Position numbers and translations under genes: made by a program
Assembly (NCBI GenBank): GCA_964228815.1
Contig: CAXRAL010000046.1
Span: 1-62,227 of the forward strand
Direction: 5' to 3'
DNA: 62,227 nucleotides
Source of the DNA: Candidatus Poseidoniaceae archaeon
GTDB lineage: Archaea > Thermoplasmatota > Poseidoniia > Poseidoniales > Poseidoniaceae
In this document: positions 29,169-38,570 of the stretch, piece by piece
Numbering within the stretch: position 1 is the first letter of the stretch
Layout: every line of letters starts with the position of its first letter
Notes under the pieces: generated by a model
Databases searched by the model: none
The model's input: the letters and a program-made list of their open reading frames with translations, nothing else
What the model was told of the DNA's origin: nothing

Positions 29169-30584
29169 ATGGGATTGTTTGACCGTTTCCGAAAGCGTGT
29201 TCACGAGGTGGCCGAGGAGACGGACGGCGATGCTCTCTCCGTTGAGGCCACATCGGAAGAGGCCCAGGCGCTGCTTCAGCAACCGGATGATGCACCTATC
29301 GAAGCGCCAACACAACCCTTAGCTCAAGCCGCACCCGAGGACGACGATGATTGGGATGACGTGGACGAGGAGCCCACGCAAACCGCACCTCAAGATGACG
29401 ACGATGATTGGGACACATGGGATGACGATGAACCCGTGGCCCCAGTCCACCTCACCAAGAAGGAACGGAAATTCCTCGAACGCCAGCAAAAAGAACGCAA
29501 GAAGCGAGAGGCCAAGGCCAAGAAGGCGATGAAGAAACGCGGCGCCGTCGACGTGGCTCGCCCGCAAGGCTCCAAAGTGGACCTCTCCATGATGCGAACC
29601 ACCACCGGTCGTCAGCTGGTTCAGGTGGCGCAAGCCCCCAAAGGATCCAGTCAAAGGGCGGCCATTCAGATGGAAGACGGGCAGTCCGTTGACATCGATC
29701 TCGGGGGCGGCGTTGTGTCCGAGGGCGGACGGGTCATCAAGCCCGGTGAGGCACTTGACAACCTGCTTGAAGAATTGGAATGGGTGCTGCTCGAATCCGA
29801 CATCTCATCTCAGGCTTCAAGCGCCATCATCGACAGCCTTCGCAACGCGTTGGTCGGGGCTCGTCTGCGCCGAGGCGCAGAACTTTCCAAAGTTCTGGAA
29901 GCCGCTCTCAAGCGTGCCCTCCATGCGTTGCTTCAAGCAGGGTACTGGGACTTTGACGCCACGGTGGACGGCTTCATTGAAGCCGGCGACCTTCCCGTGG
30001 TCATCATGCTCGTGGGCGTGAACGGAACGGGGAAAACCACCACGGCGGCCAAGATTGCACAACGCCTGCTCAACAACGGCCGCAGCGTGATTGCAGCGGC
30101 CGGTGACACCTTCCGTGCGGGAGCCATTCAGCAGTTGGAATCGCATTGTGAGCGATTGGGCATCCGGTGCATTTCCAGTCAGCGGGGTGGCGATTCCGCT
30201 GCCATCGCTCGGGACGCCATCGATTCTGCCAAAGCCAAGGGCATTGACGTTGTCTTGGTCGATACAGCAGGCCGGATGCAGAACAAGACCAACCTCATGA
30301 ACGAACTCAACAAGGTCCGAAAGGTCACGAATCCGCACCTGACGTTGTTTGTCGGCGACTCGCTCGCTGGCAACGACGCCGTGGAGCAGGCCAAGATGTT
30401 CCAGGACATCATGCGCTTTGACGGAGCGGTCTTGACGAAAATGGACACCGACGCCAAGGGCGGCGCCGGGCTTTCCATCGCTTACGCCACCGGACGCCCG
30501 ATCGTGTTTGCCGGTGTTGGCCAAGGCTACGATGATTTGATGCAATTCAATCCCGACTGGTTGCTCGACCAGTTGTTTGAATGA
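29169..30584 (+). CDS. ftsY: SRP receptor FtsY
   Basis: GVNGTGKTT, DTFRAGA, DTAGR, TKMD, GVGQ; acidic N-terminal extension. Confidence 0.96.
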   Translation: MGLFDRFRKRVHEVAEETDGDALSVEATSEEAQALLQQPDDAPIEAPTQPLAQAAPEDDDDWDDVDEEPTQTAPQDDDDDWDTWDDDEPVAPVHLTKKERKFLERQQKERKKREAKAKKAMKKRGAVDVARPQGSKVDLSMMRTTTGRQLVQVAQAPKGSSQRAAIQMEDGQSVDIDLGGGVVSEGGRVIKPGEALDNLLEELEWVLLESDISSQASSAIIDSLRNALVGARLRRGAELSKVLEAALKRALHALLQAGYWDFDATVDGFIEAGDLPVVIMLVGVNGTGKTTTAAKIAQRLLNNGRSVIAAAGDTFRAGAIQQLESHCERLGIRCISSQRGGDSAAIARDAIDSAKAKGIDVVLVDTAGRMQNKTNLMNELNKVRKVTNPHLTLFVGDSLAGNDAVEQAKMFQDIMRFDGAVLTKMDTDAKGGAGLSIAYATGRPIVFAGVGQGYDDLMQFNPDWLLDQLFE

Positions 30585-30624
30585 GGGCGTAGGGAAGAAA
30601 AACCTCCTCTTCTGATGGTTCACC

Positions 30625-31005
30625 ATGACGGAGATGTTTGCTGACGAGGACGCCGCTCGGTTTTTCCAAATGGTTCAGATGCTTCAACGCTCAACCTTGC
30701 TGCAGATGGGCTATTTGCCCGACCAGTCCGGCACCTACCATTACAACATGGGTGAGGCGCGTGAGGGCATTGAGGTGCTTCGCATGTTTCAGCGAAAAAC
30801 CGAAGGAAACCTAAGTTCGCAAGAAACGCAGATGCTTCGTGCCGTCATCAGCGAACTTCAGATGCAGTTCACGCAGGCGCCGCAACGCAAGCGAGCGCGC
30901 GACGAAGAGGAAGCGCAAAGCGACGTGATTCGTGAAACCTTCTCCCAGCCCCAAGACGGCCCTGTCGAGGACCTGTCAACTCCAGTCAAAGGAGAAGAAG
31001 AATAG
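30625..31005 (+). CDS. DUF1844-like protein
   Basis: MGYLPD..G...EAREGIEVL....KTEGNLS..E...L...ISELQMQF pattern. Confidence 0.7.
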   Translation: MTEMFADEDAARFFQMVQMLQRSTLLQMGYLPDQSGTYHYNMGEAREGIEVLRMFQRKTEGNLSSQETQMLRAVISELQMQFTQAPQRKRARDEEEAQSDVIRETFSQPQDGPVEDLSTPVKGEEE

Positions 31006-31049
31006 CGGTTGTTTGATGAGTCGGCGCCTGTTGCATCGGAACGATAGGC

Positions 31050-31727
31050 ATGGGATTGGTCACCGAAGTTGACGATGCAGCAGCGCCAACGGTGCTCATT
31101 GTCGACAACAATCCCATGTCCTCGTTGCGGCTGTCGAATTTGTTCAAAACGCGCAATTTCAACGTTGAGTTGTGCGAAGACGGCGATCAAGCCGTGGACG
31201 AGTACATCCGCCTCGACCCCGAATTGGTCGTGCTCTCGCTGGACATCCCGTCCCTTGACGGCCATCTGGCCGCCCTGGAGATGCGTGAGCACGGTGGTGA
31301 GAGCCGCATCGTCTTCGTCGCCCCGGCTCGCATGGCCGACACTGCTCGAAACGCCGCCTACTCAGCTGGCGCCGTCGCATGGTTGCAAAAGCCGATTTCC
31401 GGAGAAAGTTTGGAAGCCGCTTGGTCCACCATTCTGGGCACGATTCCCGAGGCTCCAGGTCTTGACGACCTCGACGAACTTTATCCTGACCGGGTGAGCG
31501 TCGAGGAAGACACAGGTCCCATGGTGGCCCCGCTTCCACTGCCCTTGCCCGGGCAACTCCCCCCACTCGCTGAATTGCCTGCCTTGGATGCCCTTCCGAT
31601 GGTGGCCGTGGAACCAGCACCAAGCAAGCCGAAGAAAAGCAAGAAGCGACTTGTTGGTTTGCTGATCATCGCAGCGGTGGCCGGCGGGATTGGCTACGCC
31701 TACCAGCAAGGCATGCTGCCTGTTTGA
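31050..31727 (+). CDS. Receiver-like domain protein (atypical) with C-terminal TM anchor
   Basis: VLIVDNN, DGDQAV, PELVVLSLDIPSLDG, GAVAWLQKP; Pro-rich linker; Lys patch plus hydrophobic tail. Confidence 0.8.
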   Translation: MGLVTEVDDAAAPTVLIVDNNPMSSLRLSNLFKTRNFNVELCEDGDQAVDEYIRLDPELVVLSLDIPSLDGHLAALEMREHGGESRIVFVAPARMADTARNAAYSAGAVAWLQKPISGESLEAAWSTILGTIPEAPGLDDLDELYPDRVSVEEDTGPMVAPLPLPLPGQLPPLAELPALDALPMVAVEPAPSKPKKSKKRLVGLLIIAAVAGGIGYAYQQGMLPV

Positions 31728-31780
31728 GCGTCAAACCATTTTACCAAGGCAGTGATAATTCACCGCACCATCCCCTGTCC

Positions 31781-32617
31781 ATGAGAGGGGTCTGGTTCGT
31801 TCGGTTTCTCGTCCTCGTTCTCTTTTCTCTCTCTGTCTACGGCGCCTCGACCTACGATGGGGCAGAACCGTCAACGGAGTCTTCAGAACCAGTTCCTCAA
31901 GATGAAACAAGGGAGGGTGCCGAACCCGAGAGTGCCGATGCTGCACCTGATGACGCTGCTCAACCGTTGGAATGGTCAGAGGCAGACGGTACGCCAACGC
32001 AAGGCCCTGACAGCGTGGCCTACCTGCTCGGAGGGCTTGGCGGCCTCCTTCTGCTGCTGGTTTCGGCCATCTTTGTCGAATTCATCGGCGTTATCGTGCT
32101 GGTAGCGTTGGTTGTTCCGATGGTATCGCAGCGCAAAAAACACAAGGAAGACCAACTGAACAAAGGTCGTATCCTCGGCTACATCGAGGCCAATGCAGGC
32201 ATTCACTTCTCAGCCCTTCGAGACGGTTTGGGGCTTGCCAATGGGGTGACGGCCTACCACACAAACGCCCTTGAACGAGAAGGTGAAATTTTCTCATGGA
32301 AAAGCGGCAAACATCGACGGTATGCCTCTTCCATTCTCGACAAAAACCAACGCACAACCATTCGAAATCCGTTGTCAGGCACACGCCTCGCCATCTTGGA
32401 GGTGCTCGCAGCATCTGGCCAGTTGGGGCTCGAAAGCAAAGAACTTCGGAACCGTCTGCAAATCTCCCGCCAATTGCTCAGCCATCATATCAAAGAACTC
32501 CATACGACGGCGATGATTGAACCTGCAGAACGTTCGAAAAGAGCGTGGCGAGCATCACCCCAGGGCCGTGAACAACTCCAGCAGAGCCGTGCACTGCATG
32601 ATGTTCCCTCTGTGTAA
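31781..32617 (+). CDS. Membrane-anchored double winged-helix transcription regulator
   Basis: Signal/TM segment, acidic linker, TM, then ILGYIEANAGIHFSALRDGLGLANGVTAYH and a second HTH (ISRQLLSHHIKEL). Confidence 0.75.
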   Translation: MRGVWFVRFLVLVLFSLSVYGASTYDGAEPSTESSEPVPQDETREGAEPESADAAPDDAAQPLEWSEADGTPTQGPDSVAYLLGGLGGLLLLLVSAIFVEFIGVIVLVALVVPMVSQRKKHKEDQLNKGRILGYIEANAGIHFSALRDGLGLANGVTAYHTNALEREGEIFSWKSGKHRRYASSILDKNQRTTIRNPLSGTRLAILEVLAASGQLGLESKELRNRLQISRQLLSHHIKELHTTAMIEPAERSKRAWRASPQGREQLQQSRALHDVPSV

Positions 32618-32665
32618 AACCAATTTACCAATCGCTTAATACCAAACGGTGGTCTTGAAAATACC

Positions 32666-35059
32666 ATGGAACGGACCCCCCTCATTGCGATTGGCCTTTG
32701 CCTGACGATGCTCTTGGCCGGCTGCTTGAACGTTGATCCGGAGGTTGAAGTGCCTGATGTACTGCTTCCTGACGACTGGTCCAGCATCACCGCTCGAACC
32801 GTGGCGAGCCCCCAATTGTTCGCATACGACGATTGCGACGACCTTGAAGCGTCCCTCAAGCGATCCATTGAGGAACAGTACCGTGTTGAACTTCTCCAAG
32901 CGGTCGCTGAACAGTATTACTACAACGATTTCATGTGGGCTGAGGACGCTGAAATGGCCATGGATGATGGCGCAGTGGCCGACAGCAGTACATCCGCTCA
33001 GCCACGCACGACACCAACCCGTGTAGAGGGGGAGGATTTCTCAGGCACCAACAACCAGGAAGCCGGCGTTGACGAAGCCGACTTCGTCAAGACCGACGGC
33101 TACCACATCTACTACCTCCAAGGGAAGAACCTCCACATCTTTGGCGTCCCAGAATTCGGCGCCATTGAGGCTGCATCAACCATGACCTTCTCCGACAGCA
33201 CGCCCGTGGCCATGATGCTGGACGGCGACCAACTCGTGGTCATCTCCACCATGTACCCGTGGGCCATTTCGAACAACCATCCAGTAGCGGACGCCATGGG
33301 GTGGGACGACGAATACAACATGTGGCGAAGCAACACCCTCACCAAATTCACCGTCATTGACATCACCAATCGCAGTCAGCCAGAGGTTGACCGAGAACTC
33401 TTCATCGAAGGCTCTTACATCACGGCCAGAGAGGTCAACGGTACCGTCCGAACCGTGACGCACGCATGGATGAACGTGCCGGGGGTGTCATCTTGGCTGA
33501 ATTTCCCATCCGGTTATTGGAACCTCGAATACGACGACCCCCTTCGTTTGGAAATCCGAGAGAAGCTCGCTTTCCAGCAGATGCAGCGCAACAGCGAAGT
33601 CCTGGACCGCCTGTCCCTCGAAGATTTAATTCCACAGGTCTACGAATACAGCAACGGCGAGGTGGAACTTCACACCATGAGCGACAACGCCTGCCGTGAA
33701 TTCGTGGCGCCGGAGGACAGCATCGACCGGGGCATTTCCAGCATCTTCTCCCTTGACCTGGCATCCTCTTCCTTTGATTACGAGGTGGACCACATCGTCG
33801 GCACCTATCCGCAAGTCTACGCTTCAGCCGATGTCTTGGTGTTGGCAGAATCTTCCTTCTCCGGCTGGTGGTTTTGGGGCAATGACGACATGGACGAGAT
33901 GACCAACCTTCACACCTTTGACATCAGTGCGCCGGATGCCACGCTGTACACTGGCTCGGGGCGCATTGACGGGACGGTTCTGAATCAATTTTCCATCTCC
34001 GAACACGAAGGCGTACTTCGGGTCGCTACCACGGTCGGTCAGTGGGCGCGCTGGTGGATGGAAGACCCCGAACCCATGTCATCCCAGTTGGTGACGCTCG
34101 TTCGCTCGATGGACGTGGACACCGGCCAACAGGTGCTGGTCGAAGCCGGAAAGGTGGACGGCATCGCTCCAGGTGAACGTATTTGGAGCGCTCGGTTTGA
34201 CGGCGACCGAGCCTACATCGTGACTTTCGAACAAATCGACCCGTTGTGGGTGATCGATGTCGCTGATGAAACCAACCCCACGATTCTGGGTGAACTCACG
34301 GTGCCCGGCGTTTCCACGTACATCCACCCTCTCTCCCGAGACCACTTGTTGACCATCGGGTTTGGTCCGGCCAACGAGGACGGCACCGGGCTCGATTGGG
34401 CAGGCACCCAATTGTCATTGTTTGACATCAGCGATGCCACCGACCCGCAGCAGGCGGACGTGCTTCGACTCTCCCCGGTGAGCATGGAGAACGAATACAT
34501 GTGGACGTGGTCGTGGTCAGAAGCCACGTACGAACACAAAGCCTTCCAGTACTGGGCGCCCAAATCCCTGCTCGCCGTGCCGGTCTCGACCTACCGCTGG
34601 GTGAACACCAACGAGGACGGCCGCTACGGCTACGGCCAATACGAATACATCTCGAAACTGATGCTCGTGGAGGTCAACGAGACCGACGGCGAACTCAAGA
34701 TCTACGGTGAGGTAAACCACTCTTCGCTGTTCGATACTGACGGGGAGTCGCGCTGGTGGGACGACCGCAACATTCGCCGATCGATTTTCATGGGCGATTT
34801 CGTTTACGCCATTTCTTCTGCCGGCGTCACCGCAACCAACCTCTCCACCATGGAAGAATCTGACAGCCTTACCATCCCTCACTCATCGCCTTACGATTAT
34901 TACTACGAGGACGTGGCCGTTGCCGAAACAGACGATACGGATGATGGCGAGGAGCGAGAGCAAGAAGACTCGACCTCCTCGGGTGAAGCCGGCGATGAGG
35001 ACCGGGCCGATGACGGCGCCGATGAAGGCGACGCCTCCTCTGGTTCGGACGGTCGCTGA
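32666..35059 (+). CDS. Secreted beta-propeller domain protein (Beta_propel family), lipoprotein-like
   Basis: LLAGC; FSGTNNQEAGVDEADFVKTDG, LNQFSISE, GERIWSARF, VTFEQIDPL, PGVSTYIHP; acidic tail. Confidence 0.85.
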   Translation: MERTPLIAIGLCLTMLLAGCLNVDPEVEVPDVLLPDDWSSITARTVASPQLFAYDDCDDLEASLKRSIEEQYRVELLQAVAEQYYYNDFMWAEDAEMAMDDGAVADSSTSAQPRTTPTRVEGEDFSGTNNQEAGVDEADFVKTDGYHIYYLQGKNLHIFGVPEFGAIEAASTMTFSDSTPVAMMLDGDQLVVISTMYPWAISNNHPVADAMGWDDEYNMWRSNTLTKFTVIDITNRSQPEVDRELFIEGSYITAREVNGTVRTVTHAWMNVPGVSSWLNFPSGYWNLEYDDPLRLEIREKLAFQQMQRNSEVLDRLSLEDLIPQVYEYSNGEVELHTMSDNACREFVAPEDSIDRGISSIFSLDLASSSFDYEVDHIVGTYPQVYASADVLVLAESSFSGWWFWGNDDMDEMTNLHTFDISAPDATLYTGSGRIDGTVLNQFSISEHEGVLRVATTVGQWARWWMEDPEPMSSQLVTLVRSMDVDTGQQVLVEAGKVDGIAPGERIWSARFDGDRAYIVTFEQIDPLWVIDVADETNPTILGELTVPGVSTYIHPLSRDHLLTIGFGPANEDGTGLDWAGTQLSLFDISDATDPQQADVLRLSPVSMENEYMWTWSWSEATYEHKAFQYWAPKSLLAVPVSTYRWVNTNEDGRYGYGQYEYISKLMLVEVNETDGELKIYGEVNHSSLFDTDGESRWWDDRNIRRSIFMGDFVYAISSAGVTATNLSTMEESDSLTIPHSSPYDYYYEDVAVAETDDTDDGEEREQEDSTSSGEAGDEDRADDGADEGDASSGSDGR

Positions 35060-35122
35060 AACCAAAGCGGTCTTGCTATCCCATTACCACCCTTCTTGAG
35101 GAACGGCGAATTCAACTGATTC

Positions 35123-36040
35123 ATGCGCACGACGATCGGCCTTGTGGGGTGCGGTCGTTGGGGCGCCGTTCACCATTCCACCCTGACGTCGCTGAAACAG
35201 CGAGGCCATCTTGACCGCCTGGTAGTGTGCGATATCGACGGTCAGGCGCTCGAGGGCGTTGAGGCGGACGAACATTACCGGTCCATCGAAGACATGCTGG
35301 CCGAGGAAGACCTCACCGGCGTGGCCATCGTCACCCCTCCGGAAACGCACCTACCGTTGGCCCGCCAAGTGGTGGCTGTCGACCTCCCAGTTTTCATTGA
35401 GAAACCGTTGGCCTCCTCCACCGAAGACGAAGCGGATTTTCTCTCAATGCTCCCCGAAAACGCCACCGTGATGGTCGGCTATTTGCTTCGCCATCATGCT
35501 GGTTTGAATCGAATCAAGTCAGCCATTGACGATCATGCCATGAACATCGAAACCATCAGTTATCGACGCAGAACAACCCGCCCAAAGCCCGAAGGCGCCG
35601 ACCCGTTGAACACGCTGGCGGTGCACGGCCTTGATACGGCCCGCTACCTCACGGGGCATCCGCTGGTTGACATGGACATCAAAAAATTGGAGACGACCGA
35701 ATCCTCTGCCAACATTTGGCTTGGGACGCAGTCATCCATCATCACCATCGATGTCGCATGGGAAGCTGAAGAAGAACAGCGAACCCTTGCGGTTCAGGGA
35801 ACGACGAGTGGGGCGGTGCTTGATTTTGGAACAGGCGATGTCGCTTGGTATGCAGGGGCCGGGTTGGATGAGTCGCCTTTGGTCGAGTATTTCCCTTCTC
35901 AGCCGCTTGAAGAACAATGGCTGAGCTTCCTTCAACGTGTAGCAGATGGGGTGCCTGGTGTTGTTCCTGAACCTGAATCACTGTTGGACCTGAGTGCGTG
36001 GCTATCCCAACACCGTCCAACTGAATCGGCCCCACGCTAA
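35123..36040 (+). CDS. Gfo/Idh/MocA-family oxidoreductase
   Basis: GCGRWG, IVTPPETH, FIEKPL, MVGY. Confidence 0.85.
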   Translation: MRTTIGLVGCGRWGAVHHSTLTSLKQRGHLDRLVVCDIDGQALEGVEADEHYRSIEDMLAEEDLTGVAIVTPPETHLPLARQVVAVDLPVFIEKPLASSTEDEADFLSMLPENATVMVGYLLRHHAGLNRIKSAIDDHAMNIETISYRRRTTRPKPEGADPLNTLAVHGLDTARYLTGHPLVDMDIKKLETTESSANIWLGTQSSIITIDVAWEAEEEQRTLAVQGTTSGAVLDFGTGDVAWYAGAGLDESPLVEYFPSQPLEEQWLSFLQRVADGVPGVVPEPESLLDLSAWLSQHRPTESAPR

Positions 36041-36086
36041 CCCTCCTTTGCGAGAATTGAAGAACGCCGTGCGCTTGGCGGAAACC

Positions 36087-36440
36087 ATGGGCCTCTCAAT
36101 GAACACCGTCCAACGCATGCTCGGTGCAAGTTTGGTGGCCAGTTTGGGCGTGTGGTTCCTGCAAGGCACCGTGATGGACGCCGTGCTGACCCTCATTGCG
36201 CTCAGCGCCTTGACCGGCGTGGTTTGGGCCCTTTCGGAGCGAGAATCCACGTTCGCTTACCTGAATCTCAACGGCAGTGGCCCATGGAACATGTTGGCCG
36301 TGCTGGCCACCATCGTGGTTTTTGCACAGGTCTCGATTTCCATCTGGGCGTTCCCCACGGTGGGCGCCTACATCCTCTCCCTGTCGTTCATCGGCTCCTT
36401 CTGGGTGACGGGCTATATGATGCAGCCCAATGGCGCTTGA
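36087..36440 (+). CDS. Small four-TM hypothetical protein
   Basis: Four hydrophobic segments; start ATG 36087. Confidence 0.65.
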   Translation: MGLSMNTVQRMLGASLVASLGVWFLQGTVMDAVLTLIALSALTGVVWALSERESTFAYLNLNGSGPWNMLAVLATIVVFAQVSISIWAFPTVGAYILSLSFIGSFWVTGYMMQPNGA

Positions 36441-36505
36441 TGCACATCAAAACCCCCCTTGCTCGTGCGAAGTGTCAAAGGCCTGCGCTGACGACCTGTT
36501 AACCG

Positions 36506-37849
36506 ATGGCAACCCACGGTGACCACCCATCGCTTCCGGACCACCTTGAGTCGCTGCTGATGGAGGACGTTCACACGGTGTTCCTGAAAGCCGACTGCCC
36601 GCCGAGAGTCAAGCGAGGTGCCATCGGTTCACTCAAACTTGTTGAAGCAGAATCCTCCGTCGCCAATTGGGACACCCTCACGCTTGAACAGCTCGAGGAA
36701 GACCTCGTTGCCCTGGTGGAAGAGCACCGTCACCGCAGCGATTGCTTTCTTGAAATCGACCGGAAAGGTTGCCGCGTGATTCAACTCGGTGACCTTCGCA
36801 TCACCTCGGCATGGCCTCCGTTTTCCGATGCCCGTGAAATCACCGTTGTACGACCGGTGGCCAAACTCAGCCTGGGCGATTACGACCTCGATCAGCGTTT
36901 GGTGGACCGGCTGCGTAACCACCATCGTGGCGTGTTCATCTGTGGTCGCCCTGGTTCGGGCAAAACCACCCTCGCCCAAGCCATTGCCGAGTACCTTGAC
37001 ACCGAGGTGGGGGCGTTGGTCAAGACGATGGAGGCGCCAAGAGACTTGCAGCTTGCTGACCGCATCACGCAATACGCGCCGCTCGAGGGCGACCTCGAAA
37101 AGACGGCTGAGATCATCTTCCTCGTTCGTCCCGACTTCGTCATCTTTGATGAGGTCCGGCGCGCCAGGGATTTCGAGATCTTTGCTGACGTTCGCCTCGC
37201 CGGTGTTGGGCTGCTTGGGGTGACGCACGCCAACTCCGCCCTCGAGGCCATCCAGCGCCTCATTGGCAAAGTCGAGTTGGGCTTAGTCAGCCAGGTCTTG
37301 GACACCATCCTTCACGTTGAGTCTGGAAAAATTCAGCAAGTGTTGGAGTTGCGAATGACGGTCAAACCACCCACCGGCATGCAGGAAGAACTGGCCCGAC
37401 CGGTCATTGAAGTGGTTGAATTCCCGAGCGGCAAACTCACCCACGAAATGTTTGCTTTTGGCTCCGAAATCGCCGTTGTCCCGCTCGAAGGTCGTGCGAC
37501 AACCAACGATTTGTCTCCCGTAAGGGCGATGGCAAAGGACCGCATTGTCGAGACGGTTCGACAGTGGGTTGGGGTTGAATGTCAGGTCCGGTTTTCAAGC
37601 GATACCTCAGCCGTCATCTACGCTCCCTCAAACATGATTTCCACGTTGGTGGGGCGCGGAGGCGAGAACGTCAAACAACTGCAAAACGAGCTCGGCGGCA
37701 TGAGGCTGAGCATTGAGTCGTTTGACGACATGCCGGAGGGCATGGATCAACCCAACAAGTTCTGGCAGGACAACCGGAAGAAAGGAAACGCTTGGGAAAA
37801 CCCACGTCGGAAAGGAAAATCCGCTCGTAGGCAACAACGAAAGCGTTGA
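36506..37849 (+). CDS. PINA/MJ1533-like ATPase with KH domain, lacking the PIN domain
   Basis: PPFSDAREITVVRP, GRPGSGKTT, KTMEAPRDL, DEVR, GVTHA, ARPVIEV; KH loop VGRGGENV. Confidence 0.85.
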   Translation: MATHGDHPSLPDHLESLLMEDVHTVFLKADCPPRVKRGAIGSLKLVEAESSVANWDTLTLEQLEEDLVALVEEHRHRSDCFLEIDRKGCRVIQLGDLRITSAWPPFSDAREITVVRPVAKLSLGDYDLDQRLVDRLRNHHRGVFICGRPGSGKTTLAQAIAEYLDTEVGALVKTMEAPRDLQLADRITQYAPLEGDLEKTAEIIFLVRPDFVIFDEVRRARDFEIFADVRLAGVGLLGVTHANSALEAIQRLIGKVELGLVSQVLDTILHVESGKIQQVLELRMTVKPPTGMQEELARPVIEVVEFPSGKLTHEMFAFGSEIAVVPLEGRATTNDLSPVRAMAKDRIVETVRQWVGVECQVRFSSDTSAVIYAPSNMISTLVGRGGENVKQLQNELGGMRLSIESFDDMPEGMDQPNKFWQDNRKKGNAWENPRRKGKSARRQQRKR

Positions 37850-37891
37850 CTTGACGGGCGCTGGATATCTTCGCTTCGAGGTTGATAATGG

Positions 37892-37908
37892 GACATCCTT
37901 TAAATGTC
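37892..37908 (+). promoter_or_regulatory. TATA box embedded in a short inverted repeat
   Basis: GACAT-CCTTTAA-ATGTC; TTTAAAT at 37899-37905, about 37 nt before ATG 37942. Confidence 0.5.
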
Positions 37909-37941
37909 AAACACAGGAGGTCGGAGCAGTGAGGTCTCACT

Positions 37942-38559
37942 ATGTCCGATGAAGGAACCCCCGCTGCGACCGGCTTGGCCGGGTTTGTGCTTGAAAACCG
38001 ATCGTGGATGCAACCTGCGTCCCTGATCATGATTCTCTACGCCGTGTGGGCCGTCATTGAAGTGCTATCGAACACCTGGTTCCACGGCCTCCAGCCTCTG
38101 ACCATCTTCGAGACGGGCACGGAAACCAACATTGACCCGGATGACCTTCAGCGCAACAACAGCGGGCTCATCATCGCATCCGGCGCTGTCTTGGGCCTGT
38201 TCGGCCTTTTCGCTCAGTACGTCTACCGTGGTGCACCCATGGTTGACTCGTCCATGGCCGCTGCCGCTGCCATGATCCTCGACCAGGCCACTGCCGACCG
38301 AGTTTCCGAGGAAGACATCATCTCCAAGGCTGAAGAAGCCGCCACTGCCGCCGCCGCTGAAGTGGCCAAGGAAACGGCAGAGGACACCGTCATCGAGATG
38401 CTCGACCCCGATGCAGATGCTGAGGATGACGACGATGACGACGATGACGACGACGACGATGATGATGACGAATCCACCGAGGAGGACGCCGAAGAGGAAG
38501 AATCCGAGGATGAGGAAGAAGAGGAGGAAGCTCCTCCTGAAGAAAAGAAGAAATTTTGA
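37942..38559 (+). CDS. Two-TM membrane protein with highly acidic C-terminus
   Basis: Two TM segments; run of 15 Asp followed by a Glu-rich tail. Confidence 0.8.
   Translation: MSDEGTPAATGLAGFVLENRSWMQPASLIMILYAVWAVIEVLSNTWFHGLQPLTIFETGTETNIDPDDLQRNNSGLIIASGAVLGLFGLFAQYVYRGAPMVDSSMAAAAAMILDQATADRVSEEDIISKAEEAATAAAAEVAKETAEDTVIEMLDPDADAEDDDDDDDDDDDDDDDESTEEDAEEEESEDEEEEEEAPPEEKKKF
38425..38469 (+). repeat. (GAY)15 poly-Asp tract
   Basis: 15 consecutive GAT/GAC codons. Confidence 0.85.
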
Positions 38560-38570
38560 GGTGAAGAAAA

